From: Azolla caroliniana
Lineage: Eukaryota; Plantae; Polypodiophyta
Direction: 5' to 3'
Assembly (NCBI GenBank): GCA_043228905.1
Contig: JBHGNT010000008.1
Coordinates: 5,332,001 to 5,396,000, forward strand
DNA: 64,000 nucleotides
How positions within the stretch are numbered: the first letter of the stretch is position 1; each line of letters opens with the position of its first letter. The notes beneath the pieces are model-generated. The model searched no databases, was not told the DNA's origin, and saw nothing but the letters and a program-made list of their open reading frames with translations. The position numbers and the translations under genes are program-made. Positions 48,844-61,800 of this stretch are shown one piece after another.

Positions 48844-49972
48844 TGTTAAAAATTTGATGATATTAACAAATTTTAAACCTTCATTTTTACGTTTTCAAGA
48901 TTGACGGTTTCATTTTCAAATTAACCTTCATATACGGTTAAATTTGCCAAAAACGGTCAAAACGGCCGTCAAAAGGCAACACTAAATTACAATAAGTTTG
49001 TGAGGGAAAACTAATAATATTTACAATAAATGAAACATAAGCTATTGATCATTATTGTTATATGATTCCTCATTGCCTCTTTTCCTACCTCAAGGATCCT
49101 TTGTTGTGAGCAGGAGAGAGAGAAAATAGAAAAAGATGAAGATAGAAGGTAGAGAGAGAGATAGAGAAGGTTGGTAATAGAAAGGAATTTATATTACCAG
49201 AGAACAAGGGTTACAAAGAATATGTTAAGGGGTTGAAGATTGGTGTTAAACCGAATGGGTTTTGATGAATGAGTAGACACCTATTTATTGTTGGGAAAAC
49301 TGGTCCCTCCGGATGAGATGAGTCAAAGAGCCAAATCGGATGCTGGATCAACAGAGAGCTGAATCGGATGAAGGTTGGTAGAGAGTCAAAGGCCGATTCG
49401 GCCGTGTTGGCATAAAAGGCCGACTCCTTCTACTTTGTATCCTTAGTGAACACATTATCTAGTTAGGGCTTTATTTAAGCTCAACCTAACATTGTAAAGA
49501 GGTCTTGGAGTAAAAAGAGTTAGAGAGAAGAGAATAAGAGAGAACTTCCATTGAAGCATAATTTGTGTCTATCTCCTACCTTCCTTCTTCTTTTTGTTAC
49601 CGGCCGGCAAAGGAGTCCAGAGTGGGAAACGGAGAGCTAATTAAGTAGAAGGAATGTGGTTGTAATTAAGCTATGAGTGTGGACGGACGGACCGGAATCG
49701 GTATGCCGTTCCGGATCCGGACCGATCCCGAACAGGTGCGGATGGCACCGTTTTGTAATACAGACCGGAAACCTATTTAAAGGCCCAGATACAATGTAAT
49801 AGTTAGCGGTTAATTAATGAAAGCGTAAGCGTTGTTATATCTCTGTGTAATTGCCGTTCTGTCTTAATTGTTATATCTTACGCGTGTTATGAAGACGATC
49901 CTAATAAGTAACTTGATTAAGTCGGATTAAGCGTTTAAGTCTAATCCGGTTGCCGTAACACCCTTTGGTGAA

Positions 49973-52900
49973 GTGTCTCCCGTAGACACCTTGTGTTAGG
50001 CCATTGTGTTGGGTCGCCAAAAACTGTGTTAACTCTTCGGGCTCCTGGCTCACACTGGGCGCACTTCAACGGGCGTTACCGTCCGATGAAGACCTCCGGT
50101 TTCGGCAAGCAATACAGTGCACAACCTGCTTGAATTCCGGACACTCGGCTCTAGAATGCACTATGAGGACACAATGTGTAATCTGTCAATCCAAGAGCCA
50201 TACAACGGATAGGTGCGAGTATAATCTGTTGACTCGGCAAGCACCGCCCGTCCGACAAATTGAGCCACGCAGCAGCCGGGATGAAGAAGACGAACGCTGG
50301 CGGCGAATGGACCGTGACCGACCGGCACAGGATGTCCGGTATGGAGAGCGACGGGAAAATGATGTCCGGTACGGTGATCGGCGAGAGAACTATGATCGGC
50401 ATGATCGGTACCAGGATTACAATAGACGATACGAACAGTATGACCGGGAGCACTCCCCTGGGTATCGTCAGCAACGGGAGGAATACGGCAGATATAACGG
50501 ACAACCCCGTCAAGAGTACCGTAATAAGAAAAGCTATAACAAAAAACGGCATTTTAAAAAAGGCGGCTACCCCCGGGATCCGGAACAAGGAGCTCCAAGT
50601 AGCCAACCGGTACAAAACCCCGCGCGTACCGTAGGACCTGCCCCGGGTACAATAGACAATGCCGAATCTAGCAATACCCGGAAGACCTACTGCTACTACT
50701 GCCGACAGGAAGGCCACTATAGTAACCAATGCCCGGTGAAGAGCTATGAAAAACGACCGGCGGTAAATATGGTAGTCCCTGAGGTGGCAGACCTGCAGCA
50801 GGTGACCACAAGGTCGAAGGGCATGGCCAAAGAACGGGAGACACAGGAGACCATCCGCAAACAAGCAACGGAATGGGTAAAGAAAGCAAGCGAGCAGAAT
50901 GTCACAGACTTACAACAGCAAAAGGAGAACACCGCAGGGCTTGCCGGCGGTAGTCACACCGAGAACGAGACATGGCAGGCGTTGCAAGAATGCCAGATTA
51001 CGTTACCACTAGGAAGACTCCTACAACTCGTGCCTAGATTCACGGAAGGACTGAAGACGGCCATGACGGCAGGAGAACCATCACCGGCACCGGTACTCTT
51101 CTTGAATCCAGAGGAGGGACCAACAGTGGTAGACACCAGCAGTCCGGTAATCACTGCCATTGTAAAAGGGAAAGAACTCCCCGGCACAGTTATAGACGGA
51201 GGCTCTGGGGTAAATGTAATAAGCCTCTGGACATGTGATGACCTAGGAATCCACGAGTGGGAGCCGTGTCCATTCTGGTTGCAGATGGCCGATACAACCT
51301 CAGTACGGCCGACAGGATTAATACGGAAATTAGAAGTCACCGTCGGCGGGCATACATTTCACATCTCGGCCGTAGTGCTACAATTACAGGCACAAGGCGC
51401 ATACTCGCTATTGCTGGGGCGGCCATGGTTGAAAACGACACATATCAAACAGAATTGGCGAAAAAATATAATTACCTTCCGGCGAGGAAAAGCCAAGGTA
51501 CGGGTACCAACACAACCAAGGACGAGCACTGGCAAGGAATGTACATCGTTGTATGCGGAATGCGTCAACATGCTCGAAGGGTTAGCGGACGAAGAAGAAG
51601 CTCAATACCTGCAGGAAAACCCGAAGATCATACCCCTCTTCGAAATAGACATTGCCGAAGCCGTGGCACCGTACTTACCTCAACCGGAAGAGGCGGAAGC
51701 AGAACCAGATAAAGACGCAATCCGGGAGTTACGGCAAGCGCAGGAAGCGTTGGAACGGGAAATGGCCGTTTCACAGCGCGTAAAAGCATCGCAGCTAGAA
51801 GAGGTGAATTTAGGCACCACGGACGAAGCAAAACCGGTGCACATCGCCAAGGAAATGAAGTCCGAAGACAAAACGACAATGATAACACTTCTCACGGAAT
51901 TCCGGGATGTGTTCGCCTGGTCATACGAAGATATGCGAGGACTCGACCCTCAGTTATACCAGCACTTGAGCAAGGACGCAAAACCAGTGGCACAAAGACG
52001 GTACCGGATGAATCCCAATTATGCTGTCAAGGTCAAGGAAGAAATCGACAAACTGCTAAGAGTTGGCTTTATCCGTTCGGTAAAGAAAGCGACATGGCTG
52101 AGCCCGATCGTAGTCGTACCGAAGAAGAACGGGAAAATTCGAGTTTGCATGGACTACCGGAAACTCAATGTGGCTACGGTAACGGATACGTTTCCACTTC
52201 CGCTCACAGATGGAGTGTTGGATGCCGTCGCCGGCCACGAGGTCTATAGCTTCCTAGACGGATTCAGCGGGTATAATAAGATCCGGATGCACCCCGACGA
52301 CCAGGAGAAAACGGCATTCGTCACCGAATGGGGGGTGTTTGTGGCCGTGGTGATGATGTTCGGACTCAAAACGGCACCGGCAACGTTTCAAAGAATCATC
52401 ATGGAAATCTTTGGTGAATATATACCGGCTTTTATGCAGGTTTTCCTTGACGATTTCGCCGTCTATAGTCGGAAGGAGGACCATTTTCAGCACCTCCGTC
52501 TTTGTCTAGAAAAGTGTAGAGCATACCGGCTAAGCTTGAATCCGGCAAAGTGTGTATTTGGCGTATCTAGTGGAACTTTGTTAGGACATATCATGAGCCA
52601 GGAAGGTATTGCAGTCGACCCGGACAAAGTGAAAGCCATATTAGAAGCACCGGCGCCGGCAACGGCAAAGGCATTAAGCCGGTTCTTAGGCCAGATTCGG
52701 TGGCACAGCCGGATGCTCCGATACTTGGCCGACCTGGCTACACCGTTGCATGCCGCTGTACATTGAACACCATTCCAGTGGACCGATACTGAGGATAGGG
52801 CGTATAAGGCCCTCAAGGTACTATTGTCACAAGCACCGGTAGTACAACCTCCAGATTGGAGTAAGGAATTTCACGTGTTCGTGGACGCCTCTGACATCGC

Positions 52901-54713
52901 AATCGGAAGCGTACTGATGCAGCTTACGGAACCAAAGTGGTACCGGCCAGTGTACTATGCCAGCCGGAAGCTATCCCAAGCAGAACGGAACTACTCTACT
53001 ACGGAACGGGAAGCTCTAGGAATGATCTACAGTGTGACAAAGTTTCGGCACTATTTATTGGGAAGGAAGTTTTCCTTCCATGTAGATCATTCGACACTCC
53101 TTTACCTGGTGTCCAAGGCGTCACTCACCGGCAAATTGGCCCGGTGGACCTTATTGTTACAGGAGTTCGAGTTTGAAATATTCCACCGACCTGGTATACA
53201 ACATGCCGTAGCGGATTACTTAAGCCGATTGGAGTCCGGAGAAACGGGTGACGGAGTACCGGATGAGTTTCCGGATGCAGAACTGTTTCGAGTCACTACG
53301 GAGACGGCAGCAGATGAGACAGTGGCCCAGGAAGACAAGTGGCTCACAAATATGCACTAGTTTCTGAGCACAGGACTACCTCCGGAAGAGCTGAACCGGG
53401 ACGAACGGAAACGCCTGGCGGTACAAAGCCGACATTTCTGCCTACTGCAAGACACACTGTACCACAAGGGTGCTGACGGCATATGGAGACGGGCGGTGCG
53501 CAGCGATGAAAAGGAACTGATACTGAGGGAAGTCCACTGCGGAGTTGCCGGAGGTCACTATGCCGGAGATGCGACGGCCAGAAAAATATGGCAAAGTGGC
53601 CTATGGTGGCCAACGACATTAAGAGATGCGGTACGGTACGCAAAAGAATGTGACCTATGCCAGAGAATGGGCTAGCCAACGGAGTAGGCTCGTATGCCAC
53701 ACCAACCGGTACTACCACTCGAGCAATTCCAAAAGTGGGGGCTGGACTTTGTAGGACCGTTCAAGCCACCGACAATGAGAACGGGTAATCGGTACGTTAT
53801 CGTTGCTACGGATTACTGCACGAAATGGGTGGAGGCCAAAGCTTTACGGGATAACACCGCTGCGTCAATGGCAAAGTTTCTATATGAGTACATCTGGTGC
53901 CGTTACGGATGCCCCATTGAATTGATAAGTGACCAAGGGGGGCACTTTCTCGGACAAGTAGTGGAAAGCCTAACGACCTTCTATGCCGTGGTCCACAAAC
54001 GAAGCACACCTTACTATCCACAGGCGAACGGATTAGCGGAATCAACAAACAAGACGCTCCAGAACATCCTTCGGAAGATCGTCAACGAGAACCGAACGGA
54101 TTGGGACACAAAGCTACATAGCGCGCTTTGGGCATACCGGACGGCATACAAAACGAGCATTCGAACAACACCGTTCCGGTTGGCGTTCGGACTCGAGGCG
54201 GTCATGCCGGTAGAATTTCAAGTACCTAGCTTACAGATCCAGCTACGAGAACGGCTGAACGAGAAGGAGTCGGAGACAATAAGGCTGACAACGCTGTGTG
54301 AGCTGGAGGAACAACGGTTGGCCAGCATCCTACATTTAGAATTGGAGCAACGGCGACGGAAAGCATTCGTCGACCGGCATAGGAAAGGTAATGAAAAAAT
54401 GTTCGCAATCCGCAAACCAGTGTTTGTATTCCAAACCCGGATGGGCAAGATGCCGGGTAAACCAAGGTTTAGATGGACCGGACCATATTGGCTAACACGG
54501 GAGTATAATGGGTCCTACCAGTTGGGGACACTTGCCGGCGAAGTGCTGGGCAAATGGGTGAATGGATTCCGGTTAAAGGCATATAGAGGACCGATGCCTA
54601 AGAACCCGTTTGAGCAAAGGACCGACGGCAACCACCAAGACGGCAGAGACGGCAAGCCGGGAATCGGAGAGAATGAGGCCGGTAAGGGTTCGGGAGGACC
54701 AATGGACATGTGA
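49973..54713 (+). pseudogene. Single-frame gag-pol of element E, capsid core apparently deleted, several in-frame stops
   Basis: ORFs 50004-52766, 52824-53360 and 53694-54713 share one frame; three Cys/His knuckles follow only ~35 N-terminal residues. Confidence 0.9.
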
Positions 54714-54866
54714 CGTCACACTAATAATAATAATAACTGAAAAAAAAAAAAAAAAACAATCATGCAAAAGTGAGGAATGAATGGATGAAAGAGCGTGGAG
54801 CGAAAAGGTACGTAGTGGGCATTTAAAGCGCCACTAGAGGACATAATACTATTTTAAGTACGCGAC

Positions 54867-56048
54867 ATGCACAAACTCGAAAAAGGCGCCAGAATGCACA
54901 GACAAAAACCATTGCGCGTAAAGACCCTGTATTTTCGCGAACCCAGGAGCACAGAAGCACCGAAACGCTGCAAGATCATCAGACGAGAACCTGTGCACAG
55001 AGAACCCCCGCCTTCTGAACTCTCTCTTTCTCAACCCCGCTCTCATCACCATCCATCCTCGCCACCGCAGTCCGACCCCGACACAGAAATGGACCCGCAA
55101 ACGCTGTCGGAAGCCGCCAAGACATGGCTGAAGAAACACGGGCTCGAGGGCTTCTTGATGATGATGGAAGTACCGCCACACAAAGAAGCCGACAAAGTGA
55201 TCAAGGAAATCGATACAGAGGTCATAACGGCAGAGGCGATTCGAGCGTTAACAGGCCTTCCGGAGGGAGGCATACTTACGATCGACAATCCAACCCCGGA
55301 GCAACTCATCAGGTATTTTGGTGAGTACTCTCTAGCCAGCAAGGGCTACCGAACACAGGGCGGCGGAGATATGTTGTTCCGCGAAATTGCTCGTGTGCTC
55401 CATGAATACGGCCACGTATACCCTAGACCCCCTGTCATGCCGCAGAACCGGGCAGGGATGATCATCGCCACATATGAAGGGATCAAGGTGGATTGGCCGG
55501 TATTGATTGCCGACAGGTTGTGTGCGGCGATCGAGATCGTCAGAGGCAAAGACGGCAAAGAAGGCCGAGACGGACGAAGGATATGGCATGCCGTAACGCA
55601 GTGGCTCACCTTGCTGGTGCCACCTGTTCAGACCGTCCAGCCCAAGAAGCGAGGAAGAGTGCCAGACGGCACCCCAAGGACGGCTTCCAAACGGCAACAG
55701 CTGTTGGCCTCTAAGGCCAGTAAGGGAAAGGCGGTGGATGCAGAACAGGCGGCAGCAGGAAGCGGAAGCCGGAAGCGCCCAACGGAGGCGTAGGAGGAAC
55801 CACCGGCACGGCCTGTAAAGGTCACACTCCGCCGATCGGTGAATTGAGAAGTGAACCCCTTGGCGGCAAAACTCAATGCCGGAGCTCAGGAGGAGGAAAT
55901 AGAGGAGGAGCCTACGGAGCACCTCCAGCGACGGTCGTCGGCAAGGACCGTTGAGACAGCCGGGAAACGTTCGGACCCTCAGACAGAGGCAACACCGGCT
56001 CCCCATACTGAGACTCCTACACCAAGGAAGGAACCGGAACCGGTGTAG
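54867..56048 (+). pseudogene. Extra ORF downstream of integrase, unknown function; likely start MDPQTLSE at 55089
   Basis: ORF 54867-55793 continues in the same frame as 55851-56048 across stops; globular part (ITAEAIRALTGLPEGG..VDWPVLI) followed by a basic, then Pro/Glu-rich tail. Confidence 0.7.
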
Positions 56049-56619
56049 ATGGCACCGGAAACAGAAGCCCCAGCACCACCGGCAACACCGGCAAGTCCCA
56101 TCCCGCTAGAGCCGGAAAGGTCACTGCAGCCTCCCTCGGTTAGCCAAGAAGAAGCGATGTTAGGCCATTGTCCGGCCTGAAGAGTTAACACTTTTTTGTT
56201 GCATATCTTTGTTGTTTATTGTACACATCTTACCTTGTAGGTCCTCACATCTCCTTCTACATTTTACCTAAAACAAGTGGTATTAAAGTGACCTTGTTGT
56301 CCTGTGACAACGAATAGTAGAAAAGCTAAGAAGAGAAATCATCTAGCAGAGAAAAAATGACAAGGTCAACAACACCTACTTCTAGTAAAAGAATGGTGAC
56401 AGTCCGACACGAGTGTGGAAATGCGGAAGTTCAACAGGAAGAACTTCGCCCTCTAGAAGGAAATGATGCAGGATGTCCACATCATCCGATGACAGATTGA
56501 AGCCATTCGGCATAACAACAAGCCGACTTCAATGTGTGTAGAAGAATGACGATTTATGGAGAAAATAGCTAGATCGATCATTCGAATGCACTTGGCCCAT
56601 ATACAGAAGTGAAATACCC

Positions 56620-57512
56620 ATAGGGGTATTAGAGTTTGAATGGAAACTCCTAAATAGGAAGGTGGTGGCCACCGACAGACAGTGTGTAGACGTGAGCATC
56701 CTACAACATGTTGCTAACGACACAAATGCCTACGAAATGTGGCATAAACTGTCAGGGTTGTATGAGAGGGAAAATGCCTTCAACAAAACTTCTTTGATGA
56801 GAAAGATTGTGAGACTGAAGTACAAAGGTGGAGAAAGCATTGTAGTACACATCAACACCTTCATGGGTTTGGTGAATCAACTTGTGGCAGCAAAGTTTCC
56901 ATTAGATGATGCTATGCAGCATGGTTCTAACATACATAGCATATCGTACGCGTACAATACGTATGCTATGTATTTTATAAGTATTCTAATTTTTTTTTAT
57001 AAGTTCTTAGAATACATATTTAAAGGTAAAATACATTGAGTACGTTTTGAGTACATTTTGAATACCTTTTGAATATGTTTTGAATACGTTGAATAAGTTG
57101 TTAAATACGTTGAATACGTTGAATACATTGAATACTTGAACAACACTGATGTTGAATGCAAAGATATTTGGAATTGGAATACTATATCGTAAATACCAAT
57201 TATCTTTATTGCCCATGGATAAATGGTTATCTCTATTTCAATATTTACATAATTATTTTCTTTTTCTCTACAAAAAAATCCCTAGAAAATTAAATTTTAA
57301 ATTATTTACAAATTTAGGCTTAAACAAATGACAGTTCCAAAAGGTTGAATACGTTTAGAATACGTGTGGGCATTCTAAAACATACTCTATCTATAAAATA
57401 CGCGCTTTTTAACAACAATGCTATGCAGGCCTTGTTACTTCTACGTACTCGACCGGATAGTTGGGAGAACCTAGTGGTGTCTCTCAATCCACATCAGGTT
57501 ATGTGATGACCT
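56620..57512 (+). mobile_element. Ty1/copia remnant: gag fused by deletion to an RNase H fragment
   Basis: AYEMWHKLSGLYE..DDAMQ|ALLLL..PDSWENLVVSL, then directly STSGYVMTY at ~57488. Confidence 0.78.
56920..57420. mobile_element. Non-autonomous hAT-type element (501 bp)
   Basis: Perfect 8-bp TSD CTATGCAG; imperfect TIRs CATGGTTCTAA / CATTGTTGTTAA; GAATACGTT repeats; removal restores the gag frame. Confidence 0.85.
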
Positions 57513-57770
57513 ATGGGTCGAGCTCTTAAACATTAGAATATATATTGTAATATGAAGGATATTATTTTCATTTAAGTTTTACTATAGAAAATAGATGTAT
57601 ATTCCAGATTTCTCTGGAACATTCTAAAAACTTCAGGAGTACTCCTGAGAACACTATAAAAGGAGGCACAAGGCATTATTTTGAACCAAATCGGTTCAAC
57701 GCCAGTCTTAAGCCTCCTAGCTACTACTGTATATTCTCTTCACATAATATATATCTTTTGTTATCATCAT

Positions 57771-57808
<38 letters not shown>

Positions 57809-58190
57809 TCACTCACTCACTCACTCACTCATTCCTTCTCTCGAGAGTTCTACACCTCCCTTTGTACTAATCCTCATCTTTTAGTGCTAATTCCTTCTCT
57901 GTCTTAGTATTGTTCTTGACAGTTTGAACTGATTTCTAGTCTCCATCCTTCTCTTCCTTTTATCTTCTTACTTCTCCCTCCCTTCATACTAATCTCTTAT
58001 TCCTCTTTTCTCTCATACTATGGCCACTGTTAGCGCTCAAGAATATCAATCTGTTTTCTCAGAGTTGTAATGCTTGAAAGAGAAGTTTCTCGCATTGGAA
58101 CAAGAAAATCAACGACTGTTGGGGGAGCTTCAACAAATCTCCTTAGAGAAGCAACAGGCGCAACATCAACATGAGGAACTAGTGTTACGA

Positions 58191-58853
58191 TGTCGTGCCT
58201 TTCGGCTCCGGATCATTGCGTGAGTTGGGTGGGAACCACTGAGGTTTTGGACTAGGAGAAAGAAGAATATGAGATAAGGCTCCTTATGAATGGATTGCAA
58301 GAAAGAGAAATATTTGAAGGAAGATATGAAACTCGTGAATCCCATAAGTATAGTTTATTAATTGATACTTAGAATGTAAGAGAGAAATAGATGGAAAAAA
58401 ATCGTGAATCCCACGAATATATTAGATTGATCAAAATCCTTGTAAAATAATCAACAACCCCCATACATCTTTCTCTCCTCCTTATATAAGGATGGAAGAG
58501 GCTAAGCATAACTTCATGCTTTTTCTAGAGTGTTCATGCCCGTTAGATGTGCACGAGTCATTTTTCATTGGTGTACATTTTTTTCTTATAAATAAAGTAT
58601 TCACGCATTCTAAAAAAATGCATGACTTACCTCTTAATAAAGGTCTTATACGTATTAAATCTATATTTAAAACACTTAGGATAAGTTAATACAATGGTAA
58701 GGTTGGGGTTTGTCAACGTGGAGGAATAGGGTTTGAATCCTGCCCTATGCATGTAATAAATATTTTTAATATTTTATTTTATTTATTATACGTACTTTAA
58801 ATCGGATATAGTATTTTACACATTTCACGTAGTGTGTGATTCACACTATGACA
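58191..58853 (-). mobile_element. Solo LTR (663 bp) inserted in chromovirus D gag
   Basis: TGTCGTG...TATGACA; 4-bp TSD ACGA/ACGC restores L-R-V-Q-Q as in copy B; right end GTGTGTGATTCACAC resembles the G2 LTR terminus. Confidence 0.85.
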
Positions 58854-61800
58854 ACGCGTGCAACAACTCGAAGCGACCATTGTAACGTTGCAACAACAAG
58901 GACCAAGTACGCAAGGGATTCATAAAGAACCCAAGATCGGCCTTCATATGAAATTCGATGGAACGCGATCATAGTTTAGAGGATTCCTTAATCAGGTAAG
59001 CTTAGTCATTCAAATGCACCCTTCCCGATATCCCACCGATGCATCACGAGTGGGTCTAGTAGGCACGTTGTTAAGTGGCTCAACTTTGGCACTGTTCACT
59101 CCGTTGTTAGAAAAGGAATCTCCATTACTAATGTTTTTTGAAGAGTTTATAAGTGAGTTTAAAGCCTGTTTTGGAGATACTAATAGCACAAGGACATCAA
59201 TTACAAAATCCGACGATTACGTCAAGGTGGTCGTCCAACCTCCGCATACGCCGTAGATTTCCGTCTACTCGCCTTTGATATCCCCTAGGATGACCAAGCA
59301 TTAATGGAGCAATTTTGTTATGGCCTACGTAACGATGTCAAGGATTTACTCTTGACCTTCCCCGAAGAACCAAAGTCATTGACAAAAACAATTAGTCGCA
59401 CAGTACGATGCGATAACCGCCTCTTCGAACAATGTTCGGGACGTTAGTTTCAAATGCTGAGGGCAAGATCGGAGCCCACCTACGCTTCAGTTATAGCAAA
59501 GCCTTTCCCAAGGGAGTCATTTAATATGTCTCCAACAAATACTCCGAATCCAATGGAAATCGACACCACACGTCGTCACGGACCACTATCGGAAGAAGAA
59601 AAGCAGCGACATCGGGCAAATCGATTATGTCTTAATTGCGGTGGACCGGGGCATATTGCAGTGAACTATCCCCATCGGCCAAGAAGGCAGGTAAATCAAA
59701 TAACCGCTAGTACTAATAGTACTAAACCTGAGTCTATTTCTCTAGGTGTGTCCGATAGTCCTAATAGCCCAAGCCTTTCAAACAAATTTGAAATCCTTAG
59801 TCAACTAGAAGAAGAGTTAAACGATTAAGTCCAGCCAAAATTGGAGTGTTTGGTTGGACAACCCTAGATTTGTGCAACCCATTAGTGGTTCCATTTCCTC
59901 TAAGCAAGTTAGCAATGTGTTCTTAGCTCAAGTAATGGTTAGTACTAAAAGTACTCCTCCAATACATGTCTTAGCACTCTTAGATTCCGGAGCCAACTCT
60001 TGCTTCATGGATAGGAATTTTGCCAAAGCTCATCAGATATCCCTAAGAAAACTTTATTACCCAACATCTGTAGTAGTTATTGATGGTCGTCCCATTGCTT
60101 CCGAAAAAATCGTAGAGGAGTTAGAGCCGATTCAAGTTGTCCTAGATAACTTGGTGTGTGTAGTATCATTTAATATAATTAGTAGTCCAGATCATCCAAT
60201 TGTCTTGGGGTTACCGTGGTTTGAATTACATAACCCAGACATAGATTGGAGAACAAGAGAAATCCGGTATCGGCAAATCCGAGGATATACTCATAAGATT
60301 GCATCCATTTTGCTACATCAATTGCGTGAGGAAGGACCCAAGGAAGCAATGTTTGTCTTCACGGTATCAGTAAAACCTTCCAACACTACTAAAGAGGAAT
60401 CCACAGTTCAACTTCCAGAGAAGTATCGTCAGTGTGCCGATGTGTTCGATAAGGTACAAGACAATATTTTTCCTCACCACTGACCGTATGATTGCCCCAT
60501 CGATTTACAACCGGGAAAAGAGCCACCATGGGGACCGATCTACAATTTGTCACTAACCGAGCTAGAAGTCCTTCAAGCCTATATAGAGGAGAATTTGGCA
60601 AACGGTTTCATTCGACATTCGAAATCTCCAGTTGGCGCACCCATTTTCTTCGTCAAGAAAAAGGATGGATTACTTCGTCTCGTCGTAGACTATCGTAGCT
60701 TGAATAAGGTCACCATCAGGAATAGGTATGCACTTCCCCTTATCTCAAGTCTTTTAGAACGGATCAATGGTGCAAGGTTCTTCACAAAGATCGACTTACG
60801 AGGAGCATATAACCTCGTACGGATCCGACCAGGAGATGAATGGAAGACAACATTCCGCACCAGATATGGGCACTTCGAGTATATGGTCATGCCATTCGGT
60901 CTCACTAATGCACCAACAGTCTTGCAACACATGGCAAATGATATATTCCGAGATCTCTTGGATGTTTGTTTGATCATCTATTTGGATGATCTACTGGTTT
61001 ATTCAAAGACCCAAGAAGAGCATGATTCTAATGTATTGTTAGTACTAAAACGGTTTCGAGAACATGGTCTTTATGCAGAACTAGAAAAATGTAGCTTCGA
61101 GTGCAACCACGTGGAATTTCTGGGCTATGTCATCTCCTCAGAAGGCATCTCCATGGATCTAGATAAGGTCAAAACGGTGGTAGAATGATAGACTCCACAT
61201 TCGTTGCGAGATGTGCAATGCTTTTTAGGCCTTGCCAATTTCTACCGCAAGTTTATACAGGATTACTCAAAGCTTGTTCTGCCTCTCACAGAGCTTACCA
61301 GAAAGGGACAATCGTTCGTTTGGTCTGATGAAGTGGACATGGCTTTTGAGAGTCTTAAGAAGGCATTTACACGAGTTCCTATTCTAGTTCATGCTGATCC
61401 GGGAAAACCATTCATCATTGAGGCAACCGCGTCGGATTTCGCCTTAGGTAGCATTCTGTCACAACAAGGCGATGATGAAAAGCTACATCTTGTGGGTTTC
61501 CACTCACGCAAGTTTGACGCTGTCGAAATCAGCTATGAAATTCATGATAAGGAGCTATTGGCAATAGTGGACTCTTTTATGCAATGGAGGCGTTTTCTAG
61601 AGGGATCTTCGCATCAAGTCACTGTATTCAGTGATCACAAAAACCATGCCTATTTTCAGAATGCTTGTGTGTTAAATCTACGTCAAGCTCGGTGGGCCCA
61701 ATTCCTCATTCGTTTTGACTTCAAAATTATATATCGTCCAGGAAAGTAACAAGGGAAGGCAGATGCATTATCACGACGCTCGTATCTAGCATTGTGTCTC

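Larger units (their letters stand above)
49595..56190 (+). mobile_element. Ty3/gypsy element E (non-chromovirus) with a single LTR and an extra 3' ORF
   Basis: LTR TGTTAC..GTAACA at 49595-49960; PBS stub TGGTGAA at 49966-49972; TSD CTTTT on both sides; protease IDGGSG, RT FLDD, RNase H, integrase WGLDFVGP and GPY motif. Confidence 0.9.
49289..56600 (+). mobile_element. Ty1/copia remnant F: 5' LTR (49289-49594 plus 56191-56275) split by gypsy E, degenerate PBS and gag start
   Basis: LTR starts TGTTGGGAAAACTGGTCCCTCCGGATG, ends ..AAAACA at 56275, then TGGTATTAAAG (decayed Met PBS) and gag EMRKFNRKNFAL*KEMMQD..IIRMHL. Confidence 0.8.

Noticed and set aside
49100-49288. GA-rich segment resembling a minus-strand LTR cut at its TATA box by Copia F
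   Set aside because: No partner half or TSD identifiable in the window.
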